This document shows, in pieces, positions 41,049 through 55,400 of a DNA stretch of 64,000 nucleotides. The notes below the pieces were generated by a model. The model had not been told where the DNA came from. It saw only the letters and a list, made by a program, of their open reading frames with translations, and did not search any database. The translations under genes were made by a program, and so were the position numbers. This stretch comes from Octopus sinensis (lineage: Eukaryota), in assembly GCF_006345805.1 (NCBI RefSeq), contig NC_043013.1:13826001-13890000 (forward strand), in the 5' to 3' direction. How positions within the stretch are numbered: position 1 is the stretch's first letter; each line of letters starts with the position of its first letter.

Positions 41049-44000
41049 TCTGCAGAACCACTTTTTCTTCTTCATTATCTTTTTCCAGCCATGCTCTTTC
41101 CTCACTCCTATACTCCATCATTAGAACAACCTCCTTTCCTTATCATTTATCTCCAGCTATGCTCTCTATCACCCCTGTTAGTGTGCATCGTTTGAGCCAC
41201 TTTTTTTTTTGTCCATTATCTTCTTCCAGTCATGTTCTGTTTCCTATCTGCTAGACTCCATCCCTAGAGCCCCCCCCCCGTCTTCTTCTAGTCATACTCT
41301 CTTCCCTACTCCATTATTAGAACCACTTCCATTTCTCACTATCTCTTCCTCCTGTCTTGCTCTCTCTCTCCTCTCTGCTATACTTCACCTATCCTTACAC
41401 TTTTTCATCCCCCTATCTCTCCCAGTGCCCTTACACAGCTAACATAAAACCCCTCCCCCTGACCCATTCCTATATCTCTCACCTTCAAATACTACAGCTA
41501 CCTCTATCCCATTTAACCGGCTCCCCTCACACTTTTATGAAACTTTCACCTCTTTCCCCACTCCCCTATCATCTCATCTATTTTCCATCCTCACTGTGCC
41601 TTTCACCATCATCTCCCCCACTCTCTCCATTTCTATCTTTCTCTAAGTCTCCTTTTCACTTCTTCTTCAAACTGGGTTATTCTTGTATTTTTTCCATAGC
41701 TAAATATCTATCTCTACCCCGCTATTATTCTTTTTAACCTTTCATCAACTGGCACAAATCCACCTACCTCAGTGCTACTGCCTCCAGTCAAGGGGACTTT
41801 GTCTTGTCTAGCAAGTTACTTGTTGATTCCATCAGTGCTGATGCTATACAAATGGCACCCAGTACACTCTGTAAAGCACTTGGGATGAAGAAAGGCATCC
41901 AGCCATAGAAACCATACCGAAAAAGACTATAGATCTTGGCTCGACCTTTTAGCTTGCCAACTTTTCTGAAATTGTCCAACCCATGTCAGCATAGAAAATG
42001 GACATTAAATCATGATGTTGATGTTGTTGTCATTGCTGTTTTTGTTGTTGAAAATTTTGTTGTTTAGCACCTATTTGTCCTAATCAAACAGGCCAATGAT
42101 CATAAGTAATCCATCCTTTACTATTTTGTATATATAACAAGAATATATTTTTTCAGTGTGTCCATTTTTATTTAAGCTGAAAATGTATGATTTGAGAGGG
42201 ATATAACTTATATTTTCGACATGTTGTGTGACAAGGTAAACTGCTCCCTTCTTGGCTTGCAACTTTCCTATTAGTAAAGTTGATAGTTTGATTTTAGAAC
42301 TGGTATTCATAGCATTGTAGATATTCAAAGCTTTGGTTGAAACTGATGACTCATCAGATATCTTTTACTAAAGACTCAAATTTTTGCCAGTATGACATGA
42401 CACTGCTAATAATTATAATATTGATTTCCTTTGTTAACATAAGGCTACATATTTGCTGGGGACGTATAGTGGACTCAATTCAGGACATGCCTGGTGCTGT
42501 TTAGATTTGTCTATTTCTTTTTCCATCCAATTTAAAGAATAAGATCAAGTAGTAGGTATCAGGACTTACTCTTATGAAATGACACTGAAATTTATTGATA
42601 GTAATGGTAAATATGAATTAATCTAGCATAGGTTTAATCAATTTTAGGCGCACTGTCTCTAGTTGTAAACTCAATCCATTCCATTATTAAACACTGAAGT
42701 ACCTGGTGGTGGTTCAACAGGACCACTTGGTCCTTCATTGCTTTTAACAAAATCCAAAATGTTACAAGCACTCAAACCAGATCATCAGTGAGAGGATAAC
42801 ATGATGCCATGATTCACAATACTGTTTGTTTGTGGACAGATATGGAAGTGGTTCTCCAAAAGAAGCCTACCACCATATATGACAGAGGTATTATGAATAA
42901 CCTCTCTAGAGACAACCCCATTTCTTGTCAGGCCTCCCAACACTATGACTTCCAGGTTAACTATTTACAAGATTCAAGAATTGATTTACAGCAACCCATT
43001 AGTTGTGGTTTATACATGTCTTTCCTTTACCAATCTTAGATGTCCTGTAAAGATTATGGATGGTGCCCTTTCTCTGTTAATTAAGGCCTGTTCCATCAAG
43101 AGTGAGGTTCTTCAGCTAATATCATTTGTCATCTGTGTTACAAATAGTGTAGCTTAGTTAACATTATTTCTCTTTAGGGCACCAAGGTAGTAATCTTGTT
43201 TGTGACATCAGTGTAGACTTTTGATTATTCTTTATATATAACTTTCTTTTAATCACTATAGAAAGGTTTATATATTTTGAATTAACTTTTCTTTCTAGAT
43301 CACTACAAAAACTGAAAACTGATATCAGAAAAAAAATTACTGAAGAATTTGAGGGTTGGAATATAAAGCAGGTAAATAACACAGGTGACTGGGTGCTGAG
43401 TTCCCTAAGACGACCAAACTTGCTAACTGTTTGTGATATAAATTCAGATGAAGACTTTGGTGTAGCAATCTTAAAGGCTGTATTCAAAAGTAAGAAATAT
43501 TTTTAAAATTAAATTTTTAGTTTTTTATATTTTCTAATGAATTTGACTTTCATAATGAAAAGAAACATAACAAGTAACTGCAGAATATGTGGAGATGGAG
43601 AAGAAACAATAAATCATATTATCTCTGGCTGACCAGTCCTGACTAAGAAGGAATATATTCTCAGACACGACAGAGTTGGGACCTACATACAATGGAAGCT
43701 ATGCCAACACTCTGGAATAACAACAGAAAAAAGATGATATAAGCACACACCAGAAAAGGTCACACAAAACGAGAAAGCAACCATACTTTGGGATATGCCT
43801 ATACACAGAGATAGAGAAATTAAGGCCAATAGGCCAGATATAGCTGTCAGAGAGTATGAAGGAAAAAAATGCTTCCTAATTGATGTATCAATACCAGCAG
43901 ATGACAACGTTTCTCTAAAAGAAATGGCAACACTTTCAAAATACAAAAACCTGGAAATAGAGGTAACTCAAATGAGGAATCTAAAAACAGAAACAATTCC

Positions 44001-47000
44001 TATCATAATGGGCATGTTAGGTATGATAAAAAAATATTCAGACAAATACTTAACAAAAACACCAGGATTTACAAATATATATATAATATACAGAAAATTG
44101 CACTACTGGGCACTGCACACTTTCTTTGCAAAACACTTTCAATACAGTAAGAGCATCACAGCAAACCACAGCACATACTCAAGGCACACAGAGCTGTGCT
44201 CGGTAGTGAAGTGAAAGCATGTTATAAAAATAAAACTACTGAACAATAATAATAAGAAGAATAAGAAGAAGAAGAAGAAGAGCAGCAGCAGCAGCTGTAT
44301 GTGATCTTCTCTGTTCTGACCAGTCAGCAGCTGAAGACACAGAAACACTAATACAACCCAGCAGAACAACTGAAAAATAACTCAAAAACTGGAATATCTA
44401 TAATTTCCTGTGAGTATTTTGAATTTCCTTCAAAAAAAGTTTAAAAACTTGCTTATCTTCAGTTTTCTCTGGCTGAACACAAAGAATCAGCTTTAAAAAT
44501 GTTGAAACTTTAATATCTAGAACTCACTGTGAATATCTATGCTTTCCTTTCTCCCTGAGTATTCGAAAATGTAAACACCCTTTTATTGCAAGAACACTAT
44601 AATTTTTTCTGGTCAGACACACACACACACTACCAAAAAAAATTTAACCCTGCTAGGAACAGCCCACATCTTATGCAAAACACTATCAATTCCATAATAC
44701 AACCTAAACAAAACAACCCATAAATATAAGACACACTCTACACAGCAATTACCCAGTGAAATAAACTTTCACCACTATCTAGTTAACCAATGCCTTACAC
44801 ACAATACAAGCAGTACAACTCAAGAGAAAAAAAAGAAACTAACACAATAGAATGCCAGGTAAAGTTTGTACACACCCAACAGCATAAAAGAACATGCAAT
44901 GCTGCACATACCCCAGCAACACAGAGGTGTAGCAGGTGATGCAGTAGAAATTTGTCTCAATCTACCAAATGTTGAATAATTATAGCATAATAATGACAAT
45001 ATCAACAACAACAATGATAATAAATACACTGATGCTGTACCAGGCACTGGCTCCTATAGCCAAGACAGATACAGAGGATGCCTGAAATTGGCTCTCATGA
45101 CCAGGACAGATACAAAAGATCCTCGAAATTGGCACAACATGAATATAAGAGATGACATGGCAATATGGTGGGAATGATCCATTGGAAGCTTTCTGGAAAC
45201 TACAGCCTACAAAGAGTAAATATGTGGTGTGTTCAAATCACAGAAGGAGTTACTGAGAATGATGATTGTAAATTCCTGTGGGATGCAGTGTTTCAGTGTG
45301 ACCACTAGATCAGACATTTAAAGCCTGACATTATGGTGGTGAACAAAAAAGAAAGGCTTGCATGAAAATTAACAGAGTATATCCTGGTGATGATAGGATT
45401 GAAGAAAAAGGAGAAAAAATAAACAACTATGACAATTTGAAGTGGGAAATAAATAGGTTTTAATCAATGAAGAGAGTGAATGTGATACCAGGAGTAATTG
45501 ATGCAATTGGAAGTATCAGCACTCAACAACCAACATGGCTCAAAATGATTTGTATGAATGTAAAGACAGAATGTCTACAAAAAATCAGCATTGTTTGGAA
45601 CTGCAAGAGTTCTCTGCAAGGTTCGGGTTCTTCAATAAACAAGTGTCTCCTTAGTCTGCTGTGTGAGGAGAGCTGACATTTTCCATCATACCCATAAAAA
45701 TAAGCGAGAATTTTCATCAAATGATAATCCTTTCTACTAAAGGGACAAGACCTGAAATTTGTGGGGAGGATGTTAGTTAAGTACATCGACTCCAGTGTTC
45801 AACTGATATTCATTTCATTGAATTGAAAAAGATTAATGTAAAAGTTAACCTCGGTGGAATATGAAGTCAAAATGTAAAGCAGGAAGAAATGCAGACAATC
45901 ATTTTGCCCAGCATGTTAAGGATTCTGCCAGCTCATTGCCTTCTGAAGTGATGTGTATAGGAATTATAAGATACCATATTAGTCATGTTGATGATATTAA
46001 GTATTTTGATTTCGTAAAAGAACATTTTAATATCAGTTGAATTATTTCTTGTAAAATTATATTACAGCAAAGATCAAATCCAGAAATTTGAAGCTTACAT
46101 TCAAATGGGAAAGACTTGATAATGCACTGAATAAATTATTTATAGAAGGGACTTCCTGGCAAGTAAGATAATAGATTTATTATTTTATCAGTTCATGTTG
46201 TGAATCATAAATAAATTGATTTTTACTTCTCCTTCTTTGGTGGGTGACAACTAAAAATATGCTGGCAAGAAATGTATTTAGATATCGTTTATAGTAAAAG
46301 TAAATTTTAATAATTTGGAAACTTGTAAAATATCACTAATTGTTTGTCTGACTTTTCATCAGCCTCTCCCCTCTCTCTCTCATTTTATATCTCTCCCTTT
46401 CTCTCATCCACTTTACACATATACACACACATATATCATCAGTGGATCATATATCCGTAAAAGAAGTGCACTTTAAAAGTTAGACCATAAATGAAATTTA
46501 TATGAAGTTAAATATATATCCAGTCATAGAGTGACCAATAATTTTACATCTATAAGTGCTTGGCTTTATAGACGACTCTTCAGAATACTACATACTACAT
46601 ACCTGCACTTATACTACATGTATATCTGACCTGCAATTATATGCCAAAAGACACAAGTTAGCCATAAAGACATACTCAAAGGCTGTCATCTTCACTTAAA
46701 TATTTATTTTTGTTATGATCCCAAATTTTTGTCATTCAAAAACTGACATTTCTGAAATGCAGCACCACTTTTTGTCAGTGAACAAGTTGCAGTTTCACAT
46801 GAAAAAGATATACTTTTTAAAAACATTTTTCTGAAAAAATTTAATAACTCCAGCAAGTTAGCTTGGAAAGGTACATTAATATACCAAATTCTAAAATTTT
46901 CAATAAACTTTAATTTTTGAAATGCTGGCAGCCAAACAAACTAGATGCACATTTGCTCCAGTAAAGATGTGTCATCTAACTCTACTGTATTGAATTCTTC

Positions 47001-50000
47001 TTCTCTTTGGGAATACCAAACTGCCTTTCTTACATTGTCTGCAGAAAATGGTTTTCACATTTTCGTTTTACTGCTGCCTCCAGTCAAGAAAATTTGTCGA
47101 CTGTACAGAAGTGATTATTTTTCATTTGGATTTATTCCCTCTCCTCAGAACTGTCAGTTACCAATGTGATGTCTTTGTCATCAAACATTGACCAATGAAG
47201 CAATGAAACCTTCGTGCTTGAAGTATCACTTTGTTGCAAAGCATTATAACAAGAAGGACAAGCCGTTATCATAATTTTTGCAAGTAAGCTCCTCTTTCAA
47301 AAAGCAAATACAGACATTCAACACGCTACTCCAGGAAACTAGTAAACAGGAGAATGATGGGTTGATTGCATCGTACAACATTGCATTGCTTGCTACTAAG
47401 TCTGGGAAGTCTCACACAATTGAAGAAACATTACTTCACCCTCTTATCGAAGAGATTTTGTCAACTGTTATGCACGAATATCCCAATAACATTTTGAAGA
47501 AGATCCCATTTAATAATAACATGTTTTCTCAACACATCGATGAAATGACCACTGATATTAAACATCAGCTCATTAATATTCTCCACCATTCTGAATTTTC
47601 TATACAAGTGGATGAGTCAACTGTTGTGGACAATTCATTTTTGATGATGGTACATGTTTGGTATTGCTGCGAAGACCTTGAACCCTGTGAGGAAATGCTG
47701 TTCACAGAGAAATTGCCGCTTGATTCAAATGGTGCAAATATTTTCATGCTGTCAAGTATTTCCTTTTTGAACATAATATCCCACTCAGTAATACTCTGAT
47801 AGGAAGATACAGAAGTTTTTTATCTCTCCTGAAGCATGAAATATCCCACCAGATACTAACTGTTCATTGCTTGGCACACCAGCAGCATTTAGTGGCAAAA
47901 ATTATGAACAGTAGATTGAATGAAGCGCTACAGTTAGTTATCAAGACTGTGAACAAATTGAATTTCAGTCCCTCATCTTATCGAATTTTCCATCAACTCT
48001 GTCTTAGAAATGATGTAGACCATATTAAACTCTTATCCCATACCAAAGTGTGCTGGCTATCAAAACGAAACTGTGTTTTATGCTTTGTTGAACTGTTTTA
48101 TATAATATCTTTTTCTTTAAAGATACTTCACTACCAGCTTTATTGATGACTGCAATGTGTGATATCTTTTTTGTTTGTGATATATTCACAAAATTAAGTG
48201 ATTTGAATAAGTTATTGCAAGGAAACAGAAAAAACTCTTGTTGACTGTAAATCATTTATCACTACCTTCATTTTGAAATTGGTGTTGTTTATGACTAACA
48301 TTTCAAAATGTAAATTTCATCAATTTCCACAACTTGATTCTTTGAAAGATGAATTGATTAATGAGGATTTAGCTACTATTTACAATCATTGCATGATAAC
48401 ATAGTGGAGCGATTTCAAGATGTTATTGTGATAAATATTCCAAATTGGTATAGCAGTCCATTTGAGATCAATGCAGGTGATTGCTAGAATGACGTTCAGG
48501 AGGAATTGATAGAATTACAAAATGGCAATATTGCCACAATGCAATATCGCCGTAATGGCAAAGAAGGTTTGTGGTATCATCAGAGTATATTAAATTCCTA
48601 CCCCAATCTATGGTAACATCTGAAATTACTTTTTCTTGCCTTCCCTACCTCATACCTGGTTGAATCTGATTTTAACCATGTTGGAACTTTCCTTTCCCAT
48701 AAAAGAATTGGACTGGATGGGACACAGCAAGGAGACTTGCGGCTAAAGTTGACAAATTTGAAACCGAATGTATTTGCACTAGCTGCATCGCAACAGACAC
48801 ATGGTTCTCCTTAAAAAGTTGTATTCTTTTCCTTTATAATACATTCATTAATTATTCTTGCATCGGTAGTTCTGATAAATGGTTCATCTGGGGAAAATGA
48901 AAATCAGAGTAAAAGAAAGCGCAAGTTTCCAGAACTTAATCTGTCTGCATAATATAAAGTTAACATTAGAATTTTATTCACACTAATGGCAAAACTAAAC
49001 CCACAATAAGGGATTTGTAAACAACCACATATTTAGTCCGAACAGCACTAACAGGGCAATGAGTCTACGATATAGTGTGTGTGTCAAATGACACAAGGAG
49101 GGGTTCCTAGGAGATTTTGTGTTGGAGGGGGAGTTGTGTTAGGGTTTTTTTTACACACGTGGGCAATGGAGCATCTTTTGGCCAATAGGTGGGTGATATT
49201 GCAATTCGGTGTGAAATATTTGGGAAATACTGCTCTAAACTGAGTATTTCATATCTCATTCACAGAGCCATCTCTGGCCTGTCATAAATAAGAACCATGC
49301 AAATTAAATTAACTTTGGCCACACCTTGTACATTCTTTAATTTTCTGAAATAGAAATGCGATAATCATAGGAGTAAACATGACATACAATAATAAATTCT
49401 CCACTTTATAAACAGAAAGAGGTTTACCCTCCTCCAAGCACTCATTGAAAATTGGATATTAATAGTATGATTAGTATTTATGGTTCCTGTAACTCTCCTC
49501 AGAATACATTTTTGCTTTTGTTCTTTTCAGATTAACAAGTTGGATAATGTTATGTTATTTGCACTAAAAGAAGGAAAGAGTGATATTGTGGAACTTTTTC
49601 TGGAATATAAAATTAACTTGAAAGAATTGTTAACTGAAACACATATTAACACCTTATTCGATATGGTAAGTAAATTTTAAGTAAACTCTCCTCCACAGTT
49701 TTTGAAGTCCTTGACAGGTTTTGAAGGCTGTTATTTATCGTTGGTTTTATAATGCTAAAAATGAGTATTAAATAGAATACCTATTTCTTTACTACCCACA
49801 AGGGGCTAAACACAGAGAGGACAAACAAGGACAGACAACGGATTAAGTTGATTATATCAACCCCAGTGCGTAACTGGTCCTTAATTTATCGACCCCAAAA
49901 TGATGAAAGGAAAAGTTGACCTCGGCGGAATTTGAACTCAGAATGTAGCGGCAGACGAAATACCGCTAAGCATTTTGCCCGCCGTGCCAACGATTCTGCC

Positions 50001-51639
50001 AGCTCGCCGCCTTAAGTTAGAATACCAATTTGTTACATGTGAACCTGTTGTACCTTCAAAGGTTCATAAGATAAACATTACTAACATATTGCAACCCAGT
50101 CAATTGATTATATTCATTTCCTACTCATTCATTTCTTTAACAAAACAAAATGATATCAGTATTGAGAGGTGAGTCATATTAAAATTGAACTACGTTTCGG
50201 TTGAGGTGAGTCTCCATCCTGATTTCAATCTTTGCTAAAATCATATTCATTCACTCACATAAAACAGTGTCTTTGAGAAAATTTTGAGTCGTGTAGAATC
50301 TCACATATCATTTTAGGAACATATACACATGTGTGTGTGTGAGTATATCTATTATATAAAATCCGTTCTGTCTGTCTGTGTGTGTGCCTTCTAGTGATCT
50401 CGGGCATCCTCCATCCGATTGCACTCAAATTTGATATGTAGATACCAGCAGTATCAGAGCATGTATAAGTCTTGAAAGAATTACAAAAATCGATTCCAGG
50501 TGAGAATGCAATCGATAAAGCCGTGGGAACGTGCATTTTTACGTGCAAGTACACCAGCTGTTGTGATTGATACTATGCATATGCGAGAAAAATGCATGTT
50601 TAGTTTGCGCCATCGGGTCTGCCACCCCATAAACTCTGCCTCAAGGTTGGGAGTCCCATTATTCTCCTCCGAAACTTGGAACCCCCACGACTTTGCAATG
50701 GCACTCGGTTGGTTCTCACCCAACTTTTGGATGACGTTCTCGAGGCAAAAGTTATCACAGGTCAAGGAGCAGGGGATGTTTTTTTATTTCCCGCATGCCA
50801 TTGATTCTGTCAGACTGTGTTTACCTGATGAAATACATTCAATGCCCTATTCACCTGAGCTTCGTGATGACCATTACCAAAGCACCGAGGCAGTCACTGA
50901 AAGTCGTGGAGCTGGACCTCAGCACTCCCTGCTTTTCGCATGGACAACTGTATTTGGGCTGTTTGAGGGTTGGCTGTTCGACAAACCTTTTCTACTACGC
51001 TGCAGATGGAGTAACATGAAATGTGGTTTACAAGGCTGCGCTCCACTAGCTTTTCCATGCCCTTGAACGTCATGTAAAGTAAGTTAGCTTAAAATTAGTT
51101 ACTTAGGTCCCTAGGTTGTTGCTTTTCAACAAAAATCGCTCCAAGTTGATTTCCTACATGTTTTATCGGATAAACTTATCATTGTCCCAGGTATGTTCTC
51201 ATAAATTCATCATGCTTTTCCATCTAGATTTACCTCCAGCTAACCCATTTGCATGCATCGTTTTTGTCCTGCTTTTCTTCCGTCAACCAGTACATAACTG
51301 CACCTTCCATTTTTTGTTGTTTTTGTACTGCTTAAAGGCACATTTCTTTCCTGCCAAGTTTACTGTTTAAACTATGTCTGTGTTCTCCCAGTCAAAAACC
51401 TTATCATTACTGGTACTTTAAACTCTTTGGTTGCATATTTGTGTGAATAGAATCATTTTTCTTTGGAATAGAAAAAAAGTTTATCTTTATTTCTTCTCTT
51501 ACTTGTCTCAAATTTAGGTTAAATCAGTGTTTCTCAAAGGGGAGGCTTATGGGACGGTCAGACAAGTTGTTTTGAGAAAATTTGGTTTAAATGTTTGACA
51601 ACTCAGCACTGTCCATTGGACTGAGTGGCGTTTTGCTTG

Positions 51640-51672
<33 letters not shown>

Positions 51673-52394
51673 TCACACAGGGTGTGGCAGAAATACCTCT
51701 CACATATAAAAGGTTGACAAAAGGAAAAAGAAAAAACATTTCTGAAAATTTGATTTTACTGTTGTTTAGACAAAGGGTTACAGTTTTTGTTCATTAGCTA
51801 AATGAAAACATCATTGGCACTTGCATTACTTCATTAGCAGCACATATGAGAAAGTTTAAAATGTGGGAGATATTTCTGCCACACCCTGTATATATATTAC
51901 ATACATATAAGAGGGATAGAAGTAGATCCGCTACAGTCTTACCATTAAGAAAGAAATGTTTTCAAGAGAACATTCCTTTCTTAGTGTTAAGACCATAGTG
52001 GATCTACTTCTAGCATAAGGGCTGTCCACCTAGTGGTCATCTCTCTCATATGTATGTAATATAATTTTTCTGAACTTTCAGATTTTAATATGCTAGACCA
52101 CTGGTTTTAAATTGATATTAATCAAATAAATATCCAATTTTTCACCCTTATCATATATATATATATATATACAGATAGATGGTTAGGTAGATAGATAGTT
52201 TGGTTTCTTTATTGGCCACAAAACTTATCTTTTCAAAAGAAAAGAAAAAAATACGATCAAAATGGATCGAAAGCACTTGTGACGTGTAAACAGCAAAACA
52301 GGAGGGATTAAAAATGTAAAACAGATTAGATTTATCTATGGAAAGAACAGCCTATGAAAAAGACCATGGTAACCTCAGGCAGGGAAAGAAAGTG

Positions 52395-52427
<33 letters not shown>

Positions 52428-55400
52428 TTATAGGATCATGCTCAAAGTGGTTTTGTCAATCACGCATGCCATCTTCGATACATTCACCCACCTTCTATTG
52501 AATCTTACATAAGACAAAACTTCCCTCTCTATTCTCACCTTCCTTTTCATGTGGTACTTGAAAAAGTTGATGAGTGATTGGCTAGTGAGGAAAGTGTTTG
52601 TCTCTAAGCCTTTCATACGAGTCCACCACACACATTCTTTCACCATGGCCACCAGTACAATGAAAACTGCCTTGCTTTCCCGTAAGGTGGTTGAGTAATA
52701 TTCACGATAGACTAGGCTGATAACCAAATTTGTCCCACACGTAACAGCAGGTGTTTGACATAAGCCTACAGGTCTGAAATTGTTGGGCACTTCACAAGTG
52801 TGTGCAGAAAGGTTTCGTCGCTCTGACTGGCAAGTCAGTCCAGTGTTTCTCAAACTGTGCCTGTAGAGCTTATCCCGAATGGGCAATGCTTCCCAATAGC
52901 ACTGCCAGGCCAGGGATCTCTGGTGATTGTCCATAGGTCCTGGCCTGAAAGTTGTCCTGAAGAGGCAGGTCAGGTCTTCCTCGTTGATACCCAGATTATC
53001 CCCAAGAATGTCATCACACCTTCCCTCCACTGATCCTATATAGATCACCTTTGTGGAATTGAAGTCGCACAAGTATGGTCCTAGATGGCAGAGTTACTTG
53101 AGAGCAAGGTGGCACTCACGGTGCCATTTACCTAGCCTCGGTCTATGTTTGATCTATGACTGCAGTTCGGCCAAAGAGACTAGCTGCAGGGAAGTGTGTC
53201 ACACAAACGGCTACCACACCTGTTTACCGTCATCTGTGAAGGTCTCACCGCATACTTGAGTATAATCAACCATTGCATGCCCAGCCCTCCATTTAGTGGT
53301 TGCTGACACCAAATGGATCACCTAACCATCGGAACACTTCCCTTCCACAAAAAGCGGAAGGGTATGCGTTTCAGTTTGGTGATGGTAGGGTTGGGACAAG
53401 AGAGGACGGTAATAGATGATGGATACGATGTACGTGTTCTCCACTTCCACCCAACCTTTTAGGGATAACTTCCTCTCAGTCCATTGCTGGGTGAGAGTGG
53501 CCACCCTATTCGTTATCTTGTCTCACTTCTTCCCTGAGCAATTTAACTGCTCCATCAGTCCAGTGTCCCATGATGGAGATGCTGTTGGATGGCATGGGCT
53601 TACTTCTCCAGGTACCAATCTGCAAGCCCACTGACTTTTCCGAGTTAATTTTTGCTCCCGTTACCACTTTGTATGCTTTTAGTGTCTCACTGATCTCACT
53701 GACCTGATCGATATGCCTGTGGCTCGACACTATGACAGTGACGTTGTCGGTGTATGCAGACATGCTCCTCCTGCATCCCAGTTCTCGTGGGATGCCCCTT
53801 AGCATTGCCAGCTTCTGTGGTAGTGGCTCTAGAGTCAATATGTACAGAAGCGATGAGAGGGGCATCCTTGACAGACCAAACATGTAATGGAGAAATGGTC
53901 TGGATAGATGATCATTTATGCAAACTACTGAGTGGATGCTACCGTATAAAGCAACAATCCAATCACGGAAGATGGGACCAAAACCAGCCACTCTAAAAAC
54001 AGCCTCCAAGTAATAATGGTCGACCCTAGTGAAAGCTTTCGATGGATCCAAATTGGTCAGCACACTACCCATGCCAGGTTCCTTAACTACTCAGTCTTTG
54101 ATGTAGCACATCAGATGGAGGTTCTCGTGGATACTCCTACCTGGCACGGTGCATGTTTGTGCCTTGTCAACCAGTTTCTTGATGACAAGCGCCAATCTCT
54201 TGGCTATCACCTTGGCCAAAATCTTTAAATCTGCGTTAAGCTGACTGATTTGCCTGAAGTTATCTATGACATTCCCCTTGTTTGGATCTTTCTTTAGCAG
54301 TGCCACCACTCCTTGGCTCAGAAACTGGGGATACTCCTGTTTTGCTGCCAGATGGAGTAGACTGCTGCTAAGATGCCTCCAAACAAGTCTGGCATATGAC
54401 AATAAAGCTCATAGGGCAGATCATCCAAGCCTGTAGACTTGTCTCCTGTGCATCCTGCCATTGCATCCCATATGTCCACGGCTGCGATTGTTCTTTCACA
54501 ACTCTCCACCTGTCTTGCTGAGAGTTGTGGCAGGTCATGCAGTCAGGCACTAAAGTCCATCCTGCATTCTGACCCACCAGTAATCCCAATCCGTCTGGCA
54601 GAGTGCTGTTGAAATGCCTCACACATCCTTTCAGGCTCGAATAATATACGCCCCTGTTCATCTGTAAAAGACCTAATGGTGACTTTGTTGCCTTGTTGCA
54701 CCTCCACCACTTAGTCCTCTCGGGCAGCTCCAATTCCTTTGTTTCTCAGAGCAAACATCCTAGCTCTGACACTGCATCCTTTGTGTTTAGCATTGAAGTG
54801 TTGGTCAAGGGCCAACCTCAGCGCCAACACATTGGAAGCTATGCTTGTTCTAAGTGCCTTTTCTAATTTCTTAACAAGGTCTCCTCCTATTTCAATCTAT
54901 CACTAGAACCTTACTATACCTAACCGATTCTGCATTAATTGCTTTTGTTAGGGCATACCACCATCTATTGTTGATGATGCCCTCTTAACTAATGTGCTAG
55001 TCCCGTCTCTGTAAGTCTGGAGTGCCGTGAATGACACATTTAGTTTCCAGTAATAGGCACCCTGCCTATGATTCTTATCTGAATCAAGCATAAAAGGGAC
55101 AAATTTATGATCTGTGTAGCTGACTATATGAAATTGTGGACAACCTATACTATCCCTATCCACTGTCCTACAGAATACTCTGTCTAAATAAGGTTTTGAT
55201 GAACCGACGCAGTTGCTCCATGTCCAAATTGGCACATTTGAGCGGTCCAGTCGGTACCTGTCAGACAGTTGGAAACTGCTGAGCAGGTCTTTGAGACATT
55301 TACATCTCCTCCTATCCTATCTCTACTCATGTAGTCTAGATGCATTTCCAACGTAGCATTCCGAATCCCCACTAAAAGAAAAGGTCAAGACGTTCCCAGG

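Noticed and set aside
36190-41400. Regularly spaced repeats as a CRISPR-like array or coding repeat; several ORFs of 60-159 aa
   Set aside because: Units are contiguous diverged copies without unique spacers, the context is a eukaryotic intron, 70 bp is not a multiple of 3, and the ORFs are low-complexity F/L/S/P products of pyrimidine skew
43164-43487. 107-aa minus-strand ORF
   Set aside because: Antisense shadow of TRPM exon 11
47278-48813. Domesticated ZBED/Buster-type gene
   Set aside because: Multiple stops and frameshifts, and a transposon end with TSD-like flank; a decayed transposon
50500-51066. 188-aa plus-strand ORF
   Set aside because: Alternative frame over the Helitron helicase remnant; the homologous frame is the 50795-51019 one
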